64,000 nucleotides of DNA from positions 310,001 to 374,000 of the forward strand of contig JBLDXI010000074.1 of NCBI GenBank assembly GCA_047495785.1, written 5' to 3'. Shown piece by piece: positions 45,367 to 57,168 of the stretch. The position numbers and the translations under genes were made by a program. Position 1 is the stretch's first letter. Every line of letters starts with the position of its first letter. A model generated the notes under the pieces. That model made no database searches. It was not told the origin of the DNA and worked only from the letters and a program-made list of their open reading frames with translations. The stretch is from Lepidodermella squamata (taxonomy: Eukaryota > Animalia > Gastrotricha).

Positions 45367-48300
45367 TCAGGATCAGGATCAGGATCAGGAATTACGATTT
45401 CTCCTCGCCCTGACGGACTCAAGCTTTCGCCATAAGGCGGAGCTTGTGAGAAAATCGCGAGCTTACGCTCTAGGAAAGTTTGAACTGGTTTACTAACTAC
45501 TTGATTGAAATCCCTACCCCTGGTACTCCAGTTATTGCTGACTGTTTCTCCAGGGCCCAGGCATTAGTGCCCAGGTGGCTTTTCCACTCACTCAGCGAAG
45601 CCTACAACGCCGTCGTAGCAAGAAAGCTACCAAAAGACTAGTTGGAGAATTATTTACAAGAGTAGAGATAATTTACAAGAGGTAATTCCACGGAGCTAAA
45701 ATATAGATAATTTAATGACGGAGCTATAAAAGAAAATAAAGTATATTACATTTGGTTGAGTATAGGCTTTTGAAAAATATAAATAGAAATTTGGAAAACT
45801 CATTTAGTTTGGCACGTAGTTGTAGACGAAGGCGGCTTTGGAGTACGGATTGAACGCGACCTGCGGCTGCAGAGAGGCGTTGAGTTCCTTCTTCTTTCGC
45901 TCGCTCTTCACCTTGATGATGGCGTCGTGTTTGGCCTGTTCGCGTAGGAATTCGAGCGTGGCTTGCCGGCACGCCTTTGTGGAAGCGGACAGCCTGATCT
46001 TCGCTGGCAGCTGGTTCCACCACTGGATAGCCTTGGTTGGGAACGAGCGCTGGCCTGTGGCGAGCTTGCACGATGGTTTGACGTACTTCCCGGTGGCGGC
46101 GCCTCGAGTGTTGTGGTCATGCTGTTGGTTCATCGGCTTGACTAGCGACGAGAGTGCCTCGGGGGTCTCAGGATCCCTGCTGCACTTCCACATGGTTGTA
46201 GCCAGGTGGACCAGTCGTTTGCCTTGCAGATTCACCCATCGCAATCGCACGAGAACTTCATCGGCGGGCACGTCAGGACTGACGTCGAGAACGGCACGAA
46301 CGGCTTTGTTTTGCGCGTGTTGAAGTCGATCCAGCTGGGTCTTGCAGCCCTGATCGATGACGGCGTCGCAGTAGTTGAACTTCGACCCGATGATGCCGTC
46401 GTACATCATTGTTCGAGTCTTCAGGTCGGTGTGCCGAGCCGCTTTACGTAGTGCGTAGGTACCACTTCTTGCGGCTTTGATCAGATGATCGACGTGCTTT
46501 TCCATGGTGAGCTTTGAGTCCAGATAGACTCCCAGGATCTTTACGTGGTCAAGTGGCGGCAGATCGACTTCACCGAATCGAATTTCTGGAGCAGAAGCCT
46601 GTTGGTTAGACAAAAACATATAATTAGATTTGTCCCGATTCACTTTAAGACAGTTGGCGTGTAACCAATCGCCGATACTGCGAAGGTCCGCCTCTAGCTT
46701 CGCCTTGACTTCTTCAGGCGTCTTCCCACGGGCCACGATCGTTGTGTCGTCGGCGAACAGCGATGCGATGCTGTTTTTGCATTGAACTGGCAATTCGTTA
46801 ATGAAAATGATGAAAAGCAGTGGGCCGAGGATCGAGCCTTGTGGGACGCCGTACGTGATAGGCGCGATGTCTGAGATCTCGGTAGGCGTTTTCACGCGCT
46901 GAGAACGGCCTTCTAGGTAGGCGCGAAACCAAGCTATTGCAGCGTCGTCGAGGCCGGCAGAGCGAAGAGCAGATATTAGGCCTTTAATAGGCAGGGAGTC
47001 GAACGCTTTGCTTAGGTCGATGCATACCATTCCGACGCATTCACTGTTGTCCAGTGCCTTTCGGCAATCGTCGAGAATTTTAAGTAAGCATGACTCGCAG
47101 CTGTGGCCAGCTCGAAACCCGAACTGATTCGCTTTGAGAAAACCTATTCGTTTGAGGTAAGTTTTCAATTGACCGCTGAGACAGCGCTCCAGCAACTTCA
47201 GCAGACACGATGAGATGGAAATCGGTCGGTAGTTTGAAGGAATCGTGTGATCACCAGATTTGTAGATCGGAGTGACCGTCGACTCAAGCCAGGTGGTAGG
47301 TAGTTTTCCAGTCTTGATGGTTAGGTTAAACAGAGTCGCTAGACATTCGCTCATTTCAGGGATCACTAGCTTCAGGACGTTGTTTGGTATACCATCGGGA
47401 CCGGTAGTTGACTTGTTGTTCATTCGATCAACCTGTTCTTCGATTTTCTTCTTTGTTATGCAATTGAAGGAGAAACGCCACTCTGGCCGTGGTGGTGGTC
47501 GGCTGAAATCAGGTGACTTTGTTTCGGCAGCGATTTTCTGTCCAACAGCGGCGAATGCATCGTTGAGAACATTTGCGGCTATCGGAATGGTGTTTTCGCC
47601 TGGTGGTGACTTGTCGGTTAGGAACTCTCGCAGAACCTCCCATATTTTGCGGCTGTTCCCACGAGCCTTGGCCATCCGCTTTTGGTAATGACCATAGATG
47701 AATTGCCTAGATTCCCGGCGATGATCTTTATTCAAGGCCTTCAGTTTGGCTTCGTCTTCTTCCGAGAACGGACCAACACTTTTCTGACGCAGGAGCCTGT
47801 TTCGCTGGATTGACAGATTTATGAGGGCTCTTGATGGCTTTGGCAGACCACCTTCACGCTTTTCTGTTGTTTTGACCTGTACCTCAGGGGCGTGACGATC
47901 GAGCAACTGAATGAAGGAGTCGGTGATGCGGTCTGCGTAGCTGTCAACATCTTCATCTGCCTTTTGAATCGGCCAACTGATTGTCGAGGCGTCCTTTAAG
48001 AACGCTTCCGTGTTGATCTCGTTTAGCTTCCTGGTAGTGCGGAAGACCGTTGTTTTCTTTTCAGGCTGTTTCTTCAGTTCTAGAGGGAAAGAACAAAATA
48101 CACCAAGGTGGTCACTAAAAGGCTCATACGTTCCGGACGTAGACGTTTCGATCGAATCAGACAGCCAGATGTGATCGAGGCAGCTGAGCTTGGTTTTCCC
48201 ATAGCGAGTGACGGGACAGTCAGGCAGACCAAGCTTGAGCTTCGCACCCTCAAACACAGCTTCGAGAGCAAGCTTTACTGGGCTTTGGCGCAGGTCGTAG

Positions 48301-49430
48301 TTGAAGTCGCCCCCAATAATGATTCGATCTCCATTGGCCTTTTCGGTGAGCTTGTCGGTGAAAAGTTCCAGATCGCCAATAGAACAGTCGGTCGTGCGCG
48401 GGTTGTAGACAGCGCCAAGGATTAACTTTCCATGCTTCGACTCGACAGATACGACTAGCTTTTCAAGCAGTGGCAGATTCGTGATGGATAATCGCCTTAC
48501 TTTGTGAAAAGACTTTTTCATAAGAATAGCAACACCGCCGCCATTTTCACCCCTCACTTCACGGCACGACCATTCGGATCGGTAACCTTCATTATAAAGC
48601 GAGGAGGTGATGTACTTAGGTATTGCTCCGTCACGTAGCTTTGTTTCGGACAGAAAGACGATGTCTGGCTTTACCGTCACGAGAAATGTCAGCAGCTGAG
48701 CAAACTTCTCCGTTGTTTCGAGGCCGTTCATGTTAAAGTGAAGGACCAGGAGACTTGATCTGCCCAGGGCGATGAGATCGTCGATTGAGTGGCTGAAAGC
48801 GTTTGGTAGTGGTGTCGGTGACAGAGATGATGCAACGGACGTCATGTCTGGTGACGGCGGAGGCTCATCACACGGCGTTTCGGGTATCAACAAATCAGCG
48901 TACGTCAGTTCTGGTGACGGCGGCTGTTCGTCGACTGGCACAGGTGTTTCTATAAAAATATTAGATTTCTGCTTCTGGCCTTGACAACTTTTTCGATTGC
49001 AGAACCACAGATGTCCATCGTCGCCATAGACTTCCCAATGGTGTGGGGCGATACCAGCGCACTCAGCGTGAAACCAGCGCTTGCAATGGGAGCATTCGAT
49101 GGTAAATTGCTCTTCAATGCTTACTGGTTTCCAGGTGTCCTTTTTGCAAGTACCACAGGGACATGGTGCTTCCTCTGGAACACAGCTGGTGGTTGGCCGT
49201 TTCTGCGCAGCAGAGCGGGAATCGCGAGCCGCAGTTTCGCCCTGAGAAGAGCGCCTTGCTCGCAGAGTCGATTTCGACTTTGGAGGTTGTGAATCGCGAA
49301 GATTGTTGCTCGCTTTGCGATCGAGTTCGGCAGCAAAGCCAGAAGATAGCCCAGAAGACAGTTGAGCTCTTCTTCTAGTTAACATGAAGTGGATCCTTCG
49401 CCTCTCAAAAGGGGTGCCCGGCCGATGATA
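45367..49430 (-). mobile_element. Apparently intact CR1/L2-group LINE with a single ORF (PHD finger, APE endonuclease, RT; probable start 49385, stop 45804), 3' stem-loop and (TCCTGA)4 tail
   Basis: PHD: CPCGTC..IECSHCKRWFHAEC..WFC..C. Endonuclease: HFNMNGL, LSETKL, GGGVAI, GGDFN, CLDHIW, SDH. RT: YRPISI, QFGFR, DLSKAFD, GVPQGSILGP, LFADD. About 1200 aa with no stops; tcagga x4 at 45367-45390. Confidence 0.95.
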
Positions 49431-50484
49431 AGGACGCCAAAAATTTATAAAAATCGAAGTATGTTTAAAATAATAGTTATACATATTTTATGATATACAT
49501 TATATTGTGTTTGAAAAACAACAGGCGCGCTTTTTGAACATGCGTTTGGAACTTAACCGAAAATCCTCGAAGGGAAGCGCAACTGGACGAGTGCGCTTAT
49601 GAAGTTGCACGAGATATTGCGCAAAGCGTGTTTATTGCTTTTCTTATCTGAAAACTGCGAAAATTGACGCTGACCTACCAGCCGTCAACGAAAGTGCTAC
49701 CAAAGTGCGCCATTATATTCTCGAGTTCCTACCTATCCTGCCGAACATGTAATCTTTCTACCATTCCTCCTGTATCTAAGTATGTATACAGTTGTATGCA
49801 TCATGCTGTAATTAACTTTATGCAGTCCCGGACGCCTTGTTCTTTGCGCTCGAGCCTCCCTTTGCCACCTTTGTACTCATTCTGAATTTTGTAAACATTA
49901 TGACTAATAATAGGTGCAAAGCGAACGGTAAACAATAAAGATTTGAGATTTGAAAGTGAGACCAATCAAGCAAGCTACTTCGGGTGCAAGTCGACAATCG
50001 CCTCATTTTCTAATAACTCGCACAAATTTGGGGATGAAGAATCCCCGAGCGACGATGGCACATTTCAAGCTGTTTCCTTTCAGTATGGTGTTCCTTGTAA
50101 GGCGAACAACGCTCATGATTCGGCACAAATTAGATAACAGGCATAGCAAGCAGCCTAAATAAATTTCGTAGCACTTCCATTCGCCCCTATGCGATATTGC
50201 TCATTGTTCCATTCATTGCTTATTACCTCTTCAAAACAGCTATCGTTTGATTGCTGTAATGCAATATCGTTTTATATGAAACTCTTACTAAGACTTTGCT
50301 AATTGGAAAGCTAGATGAACGCTCAAAAAGCCCTATTTTTGGCAACAACAATTTTGGTTACAACAAAGTAGAAGGATTTCGAGGAACTTCCAAGTGGGAA
50401 ATCCCTAAGAGACCACTATAATAGAATGGAGGTCATAATATTTACCAGAGCAGTTTTGCTTTATTAAAAAAATCACATAATTTC

Positions 50485-51345
50485 TTATTCGCTTTTCAAT
50501 GGACGCAGTCTAATTATTTTTGCAGCGAAATTTGCTTCCATCTCGTCCGGCCAAACAAATAAGGGAGATAAAATTTTCTGTGGTCGATGATTTGAAAAAT
50601 AATCATTAAGCAAATGTCTCTCCAACTTCCGATGATGAAACTGATGTTCAGCCAGTTGTAGCTCCGTCTCCAGCCTGCTGGCGATCTTGCTGCAGATTTG
50701 TACGAAGTTGGAGAAAGTCCCGGCAATAATACGGGCTGATAGAATGCCAGGTGATGCTTCCTCCATTGAAAAATCGACTGGGTGCATTGCGGCAACTGTT
50801 TCTCCAATAATCTCCTCGCCGACACTCCTGACGAATCGCAGCTTAATATCCATTGAAATCAGGTAGTCGACTGTTTCTCCTAGTTGGGTTGATTCGCCGC
50901 CGATTCTGGATCGAAAATTGTCTTTATATTCTTTGAACAGCGAATACTTATTGATAATTTCAAAAGAATCATGACTTTTGACGTAGAAAATGGGAACTAT
51001 ATCAAGTCCACTTGGAAGTTTTTCCGCCGTGTCAGTAAAAATGAAGTAAGTTATCTTGTAAGTGGCGTCCGAGCATGGTGTTGATAAAAGGAATGTCCTA
51101 GCAGCATCGACAAATCCAGAGGCATATTTTGCATCCTCCCCTATGGCAACTAACAGCACTCCGACGGCGTAGGTAACCTCAGAATCTGATCTTCGGACGA
51201 ATCGATTCGAGCATGGAAAAGGGCTGAACTTAAATTCGTCCCACAGCCATGCACAGAGCTTGGAAGTTATGACTGCAAATAGTAAATATGGGACAAAAAG
51301 TAGCACAGCTCGCCTAGAATGGCGGCGTCGGATTAATTTGGCCAT
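50485..51345 (-). CDS. Glycosyltransferase family 6 (ABO/GBGT1-like) type II membrane protein, divergent, intronless
   Basis: N-terminal TM, then VGVLLVAIG..Y..F..A..F, ITYFIFTD, VDYLISMDIKLRF..VGEE..GETVAAMHP and E.HL.N.YF..P.KILSP..W, which is the GT6 motif order. Confidence 0.75.
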   Translation of the reverse strand: MAKLIRRRHSRRAVLLFVPYLLFAVITSKLCAWLWDEFKFSPFPCSNRFVRRSDSEVTYAVGVLLVAIGEDAKYASGFVDAARTFLLSTPCSDATYKITYFIFTDTAEKLPSGLDIVPIFYVKSHDSFEIINKYSLFKEYKDNFRSRIGGESTQLGETVDYLISMDIKLRFVRSVGEEIIGETVAAMHPVDFSMEEASPGILSARIIAGTFSNFVQICSKIASRLETELQLAEHQFHHRKLERHLLNDYFSNHRPQKILSPLFVWPDEMEANFAAKIIRLRPLKSE

Positions 51346-52880
51346 GATACAAATTCATACGTGATTCGCAAAAGCGCAATAACACAGCAGAAAGGCTGCA
51401 GTAGTGGCCACGCTCCAAATCTTCAATGCCTGATTGTTCTTGACATGCGGATGAGTGTAGCCTCCGCGATAATGGCATCTCACATCCATTCTTATTTGCC
51501 GCTAGACCAACGGGGACGCTAACAATACTAACCGCATACGCGAAAAAATGGTTCCGACTTTGTTTACCTTCGTGACACACCACCCAGTAAACATCTACTA
51601 TGCTAGTCCTATCTTTCGGGAATAAATGATAAATAATAGGCACCAAATTACTATTGCAAAAATAGTTGACGTTGTAACCAGCAACCTACCTCACTCTGGA
51701 GCTTACTGGGGCTACTTGCGGGGACCTGGGACTACGTAAGGGCTACTGAAAAATTCGTTGAGTGAGAGAGGAAACACGCGGGTTAGTTATTCGGTTGAAC
51801 AATCATTATGAAATAGTTGCTCGAAACTATCGAAAATAAGTGGTGCCCAGTCATTTGCCGCAGTTTTTAGAACACCTGCTGACTTGGTGCTCTTTCATAA
51901 CTGCTGGCTTTGGCTGCTTATTATCGCCCGAGGCAAGAAAATACTGACAATTTTCTTATAGCAGCATATCATGGCATATATAAGGCAGCGCACCTTTCAC
52001 ATATCGATAGCCCTGGTTTTTGAGGAGCACAGAGAGGCGTTTTCGCATTTTGGACAGTAAATAAGTATGGTGTTGTCGTAAACTTCCACTTTTTTCAGTT
52101 AACACAGCGTGCAGCGTGTTATCCAGGAGTTGCTCAACCATTTTCTACTCCTGCAACTTCATGCAAGAAATTTCAAGATCTAACCTGTCACCTGTCGAAA
52201 GCATCCGCCATCCGTCATTCGCAGTTCCGAGAAGACGAAAAAACACACGACGGGAAATGGGTTGGTAATTATTGGTAATTTTACCCAGCTGGGGGAAATT
52301 TCTCCGGAGTTTATTCCCATTCTTTTCGAAATTAACTTCGCCTCTCATTGGTCTCTTCTGGTACTCTTCCGGCTTCTGGGACACGATGTGTGGCAGGGAA
52401 AAAATCCTAATATCTAGCCAAATTACTCTTTGTGAAGCATGTGACACGCCCTATCTGACAGATCTCTGATCGATCAACGCGATCTGCGCGATGTTGGTAT
52501 AGCCGGGAAGCCAAATAGAGCGACCATTTTGTCGTAAAAGTCCTAGAGTTTTGATTTCGCAACGTATCGTATGGATATTTACACAAGGTATGCAGCACTT
52601 CCGGGAGCTTAAACGCTAGCATTTCCTAATTCAGAGTTACTAAGTTATCGTTTTCTGTGTATTCCCCGATTGCTTTACTATTGAGACACACTGTATGTGC
52701 TTTCGAACTTGTGCAAGAATTTGCAAAAAATATATAAAAAGGGAGGGAATAATATGCGTGGCGCGTGGTGTGTTTATGAATGGCGCGCTAAATTATTAGC
52801 AATAATAGTGCAATAATCACCATCAATCCATGTTATAAATCGCGTTCAACCGATTTCCATTCGATTCGGTCTGCATAAAA

Positions 52881-53357
52881 ATGACCGGTATTTTTAAATA
52901 CACACTAGAGCAACGTGAAGACATGGTAAAATGGTATCAAGAGTTAAACAAGGACGTTGAAATGGTGCGTTCGAAATTTGCTGAAAAATACGGGAACGTT
53001 AAACTGCCATGTCGACATACTATCAAGCGCAACGTGACTAAGGTGGAGAAGTTTGGCACTCTAGCTGACAAGCACCGCTCTGGAAGACCAAGAACGGCAA
53101 CAAATGAAGCAACGGTCGCTGCATTTCTGGCAGAAGTCGCTGAGGGTGGAGCGAAAAGCATTAACGAAATTACTAAGAAGTTGGGCAAGAATAAGTCATC
53201 GATTTACGCATTGCTACGTAGAGATTTGAAGCTTCAAGCCTTTCGATCCAAAGAGTGGTATACGACGATGGAAAAGAATGACAAGGGTGGCGCGGGATCT
53301 GCACAGACCTTTCTTCGAGCGCCTGGAAAACGAAAATCGGAAAATACTCTCGACTGA
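52881..53357 (+). CDS. Tc1/mariner-type bipartite helix-turn-helix protein lacking the DDE domain
   Basis: YTLEQR..MVKWY..F..KY..LP.R.TIKR.V.K.EKFGTLAD..RSGRPRTATNE..SI..I.KKLG..KSSIY..LRRDLKL. The ORF ends 40 aa later with no catalytic domain. Confidence 0.7.
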   Translation: MTGIFKYTLEQREDMVKWYQELNKDVEMVRSKFAEKYGNVKLPCRHTIKRNVTKVEKFGTLADKHRSGRPRTATNEATVAAFLAEVAEGGAKSINEITKKLGKNKSSIYALLRRDLKLQAFRSKEWYTTMEKNDKGGAGSAQTFLRAPGKRKSENTLD

Positions 53358-54059
53358 GCAGCAATGGCGAGAATATCTATTATCTGGTGGTTACAGCCTT
53401 TCGTCAATATGCAGCTGACACGTCTTTTAGAAAAGTTAATACTACAACTGATCATTTCGCTTGAAAATTTCATGTTGGAGAAACTGGTGACTGGTGAATA
53501 CAGTGAGAATAAAGAATAAAAATGTGTGACTTGCTAATTCGATTAATGCTCAAAGTTTTCAAGGTTCAAGAAATTTGTGATAGGTATGCTTTAACCGGTG
53601 TTTGTAGCAAAGCTGCCACAGTGCATCTCCTGAGAGTGATACAACCGATTTCCTGACCGCTTTACACCTTTGGTATTTTGTATTTGTGTGAAAGTGAAAA
53701 TCTAAAAGCAGATGCCTTGCGATAATCATTGTTTTAACTGAAAGCCAGCTATTGCATAAAAATGGCAGTTAAATTTATCATGACGTATGACCCCATTGAT
53801 CAGGCGTGGCCATGAGGGGACTTAAACTTATGACAGTACTGACTATCCATGGAGCTTGCTGGTGAGTACCAATGATAATTCGACAAAATCGGCAAGACCA
53901 ATAAATTAAGGATGTGGCTATTCGGACACAAAATTGTGTGTCACGCAATGGCTATTCAACACAGTGTGCGTGACTGGCTACTCGAACACAAGTGGGCGTG
54001 AAGTGGTGTTTGCGCGCATTCGGCTATTTGAACACAGCATCCCAAGTCACCTGATAATC

Positions 54060-55480
54060 ACCGAAATCCGGATTTTAACAACTTATTGTTAGTCCGGAAA
54101 ATGCTAAAACTGCGAAAATTCGAAATAAATAAAATTGCACCAAAAGCGCAACGTACACCTATCAACTTTGGTCTGGCGGTGCGTGAACGGTGAGGCTCCC
54201 GAATATCTGTGCGAAATTTTCGTCCGGAAAGAATTTGACCCAGACCAACCAATGACGCGAAGCGTGTTCAACAACACCCTCGACGTTCCATGCCTACGAT
54301 CTAAGCATGGGCAGAAAACACTGGCATACCGAGGCGCAGTGCTCTTCAACAACCTGTCGTCATGAGACGTAGCTAGGACGCCGAAGCTTGAATCCCGCCA
54401 TACAAAGTGACGTGTTGGCGTTATGCATGCTTGAATATTCTGAATAATTTGCCTTTTGTAAAAATTAAATTTTCAGGGATTAATAAACATAATTATTTTA
54501 TTAATCCTTGAAATTTAAAAAATATTAAGTTGAAAATTCAAAAGGTTTAAAAATCGTAGGCGTCGATGGTTACGAAGCTAGAATCAGGTTCCAAGTAGGA
54601 ACTAAGATCGAGAGAACTCAAACCATGTGATGTAGAGCTCTGCGAACTACTTTCTTAAGACAAAAAGCAACTCAAACAAGCCGTATGCTGATATTTTCCA
54701 TTGAGTTGTTTTTCTTTTTCACGTCGCGATTATGCTGCAGCTGTTGCGTAATGACGTAAGATAATTTCATCTCTTAAACAATCGAGCAGGAAATGTTTTT
54801 CAGTCGAAATTTTCAAAGTTTTCGGCTAGAGGACTTTACCGGGAACTTAATTGCTCATTTGCGGTCTGATAAATTACTGGCAGTTCAAACTGGAATGAAA
54901 AAATGGGCTGGATGTGATCAGCATCTCAATTTTCAGATTTTTCAGCTCTCAGTTTTTCTCAGTTATCCTATCAATTTTTAATTTTTAATTAATTTTCTCA
55001 ATTATTCTCTAATTCAAGTTAGATTCAAATTCAAGTAAATTCAAGTAAATTCAAATTCAAGCTTCTTCATTACATCTATTGATTTTAGTTTCATGCATTA
55101 TAAATAGATAATTTTGAAAATTAATGGCTCGAAGCAGGTGTTGATATCATTTTTTACAATGTGTTGCAATGCAATTAATTATCGATTGATCGCGCCCGAA
55201 TCAAGGGCACTTTCAACCTTATTTTGGACAACATAAAATAAGGATTAAAAAAGCGCGAACATTTAATGAGGTGATTCATCTCATTATTTTCAAAAAGTGA
55301 CCTTTGACCCTAATTATTTCTGACAACACTTTTTTCTCGTAAACAACCCAGCTGCGGCGTCCTAGCTACGTCTCATGCCTGTCGTGGGAAACACAGAACG
55401 CTAAAACGGCCAACAGCTGCCGACAACTAACATACAATGAACTGCTTAACGCGCCTATGTGTTTTTCGAACAAAGTTTAA
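54060..55480 (+). mobile_element. LINE (L2/CR1-group) C-terminal fragment split by a hAT-type insertion
   Basis: HLSTLVWRCVNGEAPEYL..GQKTLAYRGAVLFNNLS resumes after the insertion as WETQNAKTANSCRQLTY, homologous to the intact LINE's WWNQLP..ACRQAT. Confidence 0.8.
54361..55377. mobile_element. Non-autonomous hAT-type DNA transposon (1017 bp)
   Basis: Perfect 23-bp TIR CATGAGACGTAGCTAGGACGCCG, and 8-bp TSD cctgtcgt at 54353-54360 and 55378-55385. Confidence 0.92.
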
Positions 55481-55567
55481 CGACCTCTGAAACGGCTCTG
55501 AATGACTCTCTGCACGAAAACTAGCGGCTGCACTTTTTTTCTCTTGTAGAACTTCCAAACCTGGATA

Positions 55568-55905
55568 TCATTCTCTCATTCTCATTCTCATTTTTATTGC
55601 AAATTGTTTTTCAACAGTTAGCAAATAGTTAAGTTTAGTTTAGCAGAAAGTTGTTTCTTGGCGCCTCACCACAGAAGTCACGTAGTTTACCAATGAAGGC
55701 GAATTAAATTTTATATGTTTGCAAAAAGCACTGTGAGAGTTGTTAACCACGCAAGACGGCAGACGGTTCCACGCAGCACGCACGCGCCTGGAGAAGCTAA
55801 ATTTATAGTTCAGGTTATTTCTAACCGCTTTCATCGTCACAGAATGAGGAGGAAGGCGAGAGTTTCGGGAGATTATAAAAAAGTCTTTAAAGTCTTTTTC
55901 ATGCT
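55568..55905 (-). mobile_element. 5'-truncated LINE 3' end, related to the 18840-19320 element
   Basis: FFIISRNSRLPPH..NYKFSFSRRVRAAWNRLPS..SVVRR, with an (AATGAG)n-like tail at ~55570-55592. Confidence 0.75.
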
Positions 55906-57168
55906 CTTTAAATAAATAAATACCAGCATAACGGGAAAATATCCGGTCCAAAATTCGAGCGCGCATTAGCATCAGCAATAAAGGCGATAAAGCAGTGGAG
56001 CAATAAAGCAATAAAGGCCGCTTTCTTTGATTTTTGGGTCACGGTCATCGAGTCTGGCGGAAATTCCGATAAAAGGCTGCTGCGCGGCGTGATTGCAACT
56101 GATAATTAGCGATTTGATAGCTCGAACTTATTTCAATTTGTCTTGCCGTCGGCCTTAAAAGCGCGCGGCGAGGTGAGACCCCTTGATACCATTGGAGGCG
56201 CGGGCGGGGAGGATAGGTTTAAATTCAAGAATACATGTCTCTAGCAGGGGCAGTGTTTGAAATTATGCTAAAAACGCCAAATCCGTCTTAAATCCGGTCA
56301 ATTACCGTCTTTTCGCTAGCCTATTACTGTTATTCCTCGACTTCGAGAGGTGTGTTCGAATAGCCGCTTCCGCGCACACACCTCTATGTTCAAGTAGCCA
56401 ATCACGCATACACAGTGTGTTCAAATAGCGAAAAGCGCGCACACAATGTGTTCGAATAGCCATTGCGTGACACACCGAATAGCCTCGTCCATAAATTAAC
56501 GCAAAAAATAACGATCAAGGGTCTTAATCAGTTACGAAAAGTCTAAGACAATAAATCAGTGAAGCTCGCCCTTGGCAGATTACTGGTCATCAAAACAGCT
56601 TAGAAGTTGAGCTTCAGAACAACCTCTTGGATTATTGCCACCCATATAAAATGATGAACGTGATTGCTGGCCAAGACGTTTTGACAAGGATAAAAATGGG
56701 ATAGGCGTTTTTATTTATGCAAGCCCTATACATACAGTGGCTTTTTCCTCAACTTAATAATGAAGTGGAGCGATGACAAAAGCCTTCACAAAACCCGGCA
56801 AAACCCGGCTCCGCGACATTCATAAATGATTAAAGCTGCGGCAATAAAGTGCGTAATTTTACATTTTTGGCAATGGAATCATCATATTGTCACTTGTTAA
56901 CTGCTACTTGGCAATATTTTATTTTTCCTGCGATAGCTTTGAAGCAATATTCCGCGGGCAGGGTTTTTTATGCGGGCTAATATTGGGGTTATTGGAACGT
57001 ATCATCCTCATCCTTGGACGTTGGACCCGGTCGACCCGTTATTGGTGCCACACCGTTGGCTGTTCTCTGTTTTCCAAACTTCCATTTGCGACTAGTATCC
57101 GTGTGTCAACTCGAGCTATCTACATTTCTTCAACTGCCTTATTCCGTTTTATCGGCTGAATTACCGCG

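Larger units (their letters stand above)
53910..56490. mobile_element. Non-autonomous MULE/Foldback-like element (2581 bp) with modular TIRs and a 9-bp TSD
   Basis: TSD ataaattaa at 53901-53909 and 56491-56499. The ~140-bp inverted termini start GGA and are built from GGCTATTCGAACAC sub-repeats. Confidence 0.85.

Noticed and set aside
49540-50160. Possible small spliced gene beside the LINE 5' end
   Set aside because: No consistent reading frame or homology could be assembled.
51956-52622. Series of short minus-strand ORFs
   Set aside because: Interrupted by stops and frameshifts, with no recognisable domain.
53910-54040. Spaced GGCTATTCGAACAC repeats resembling a CRISPR array
   Set aside because: The context is eukaryotic, the repeats are short and degenerate, and they are mirrored at 56350-56490 as transposon termini.
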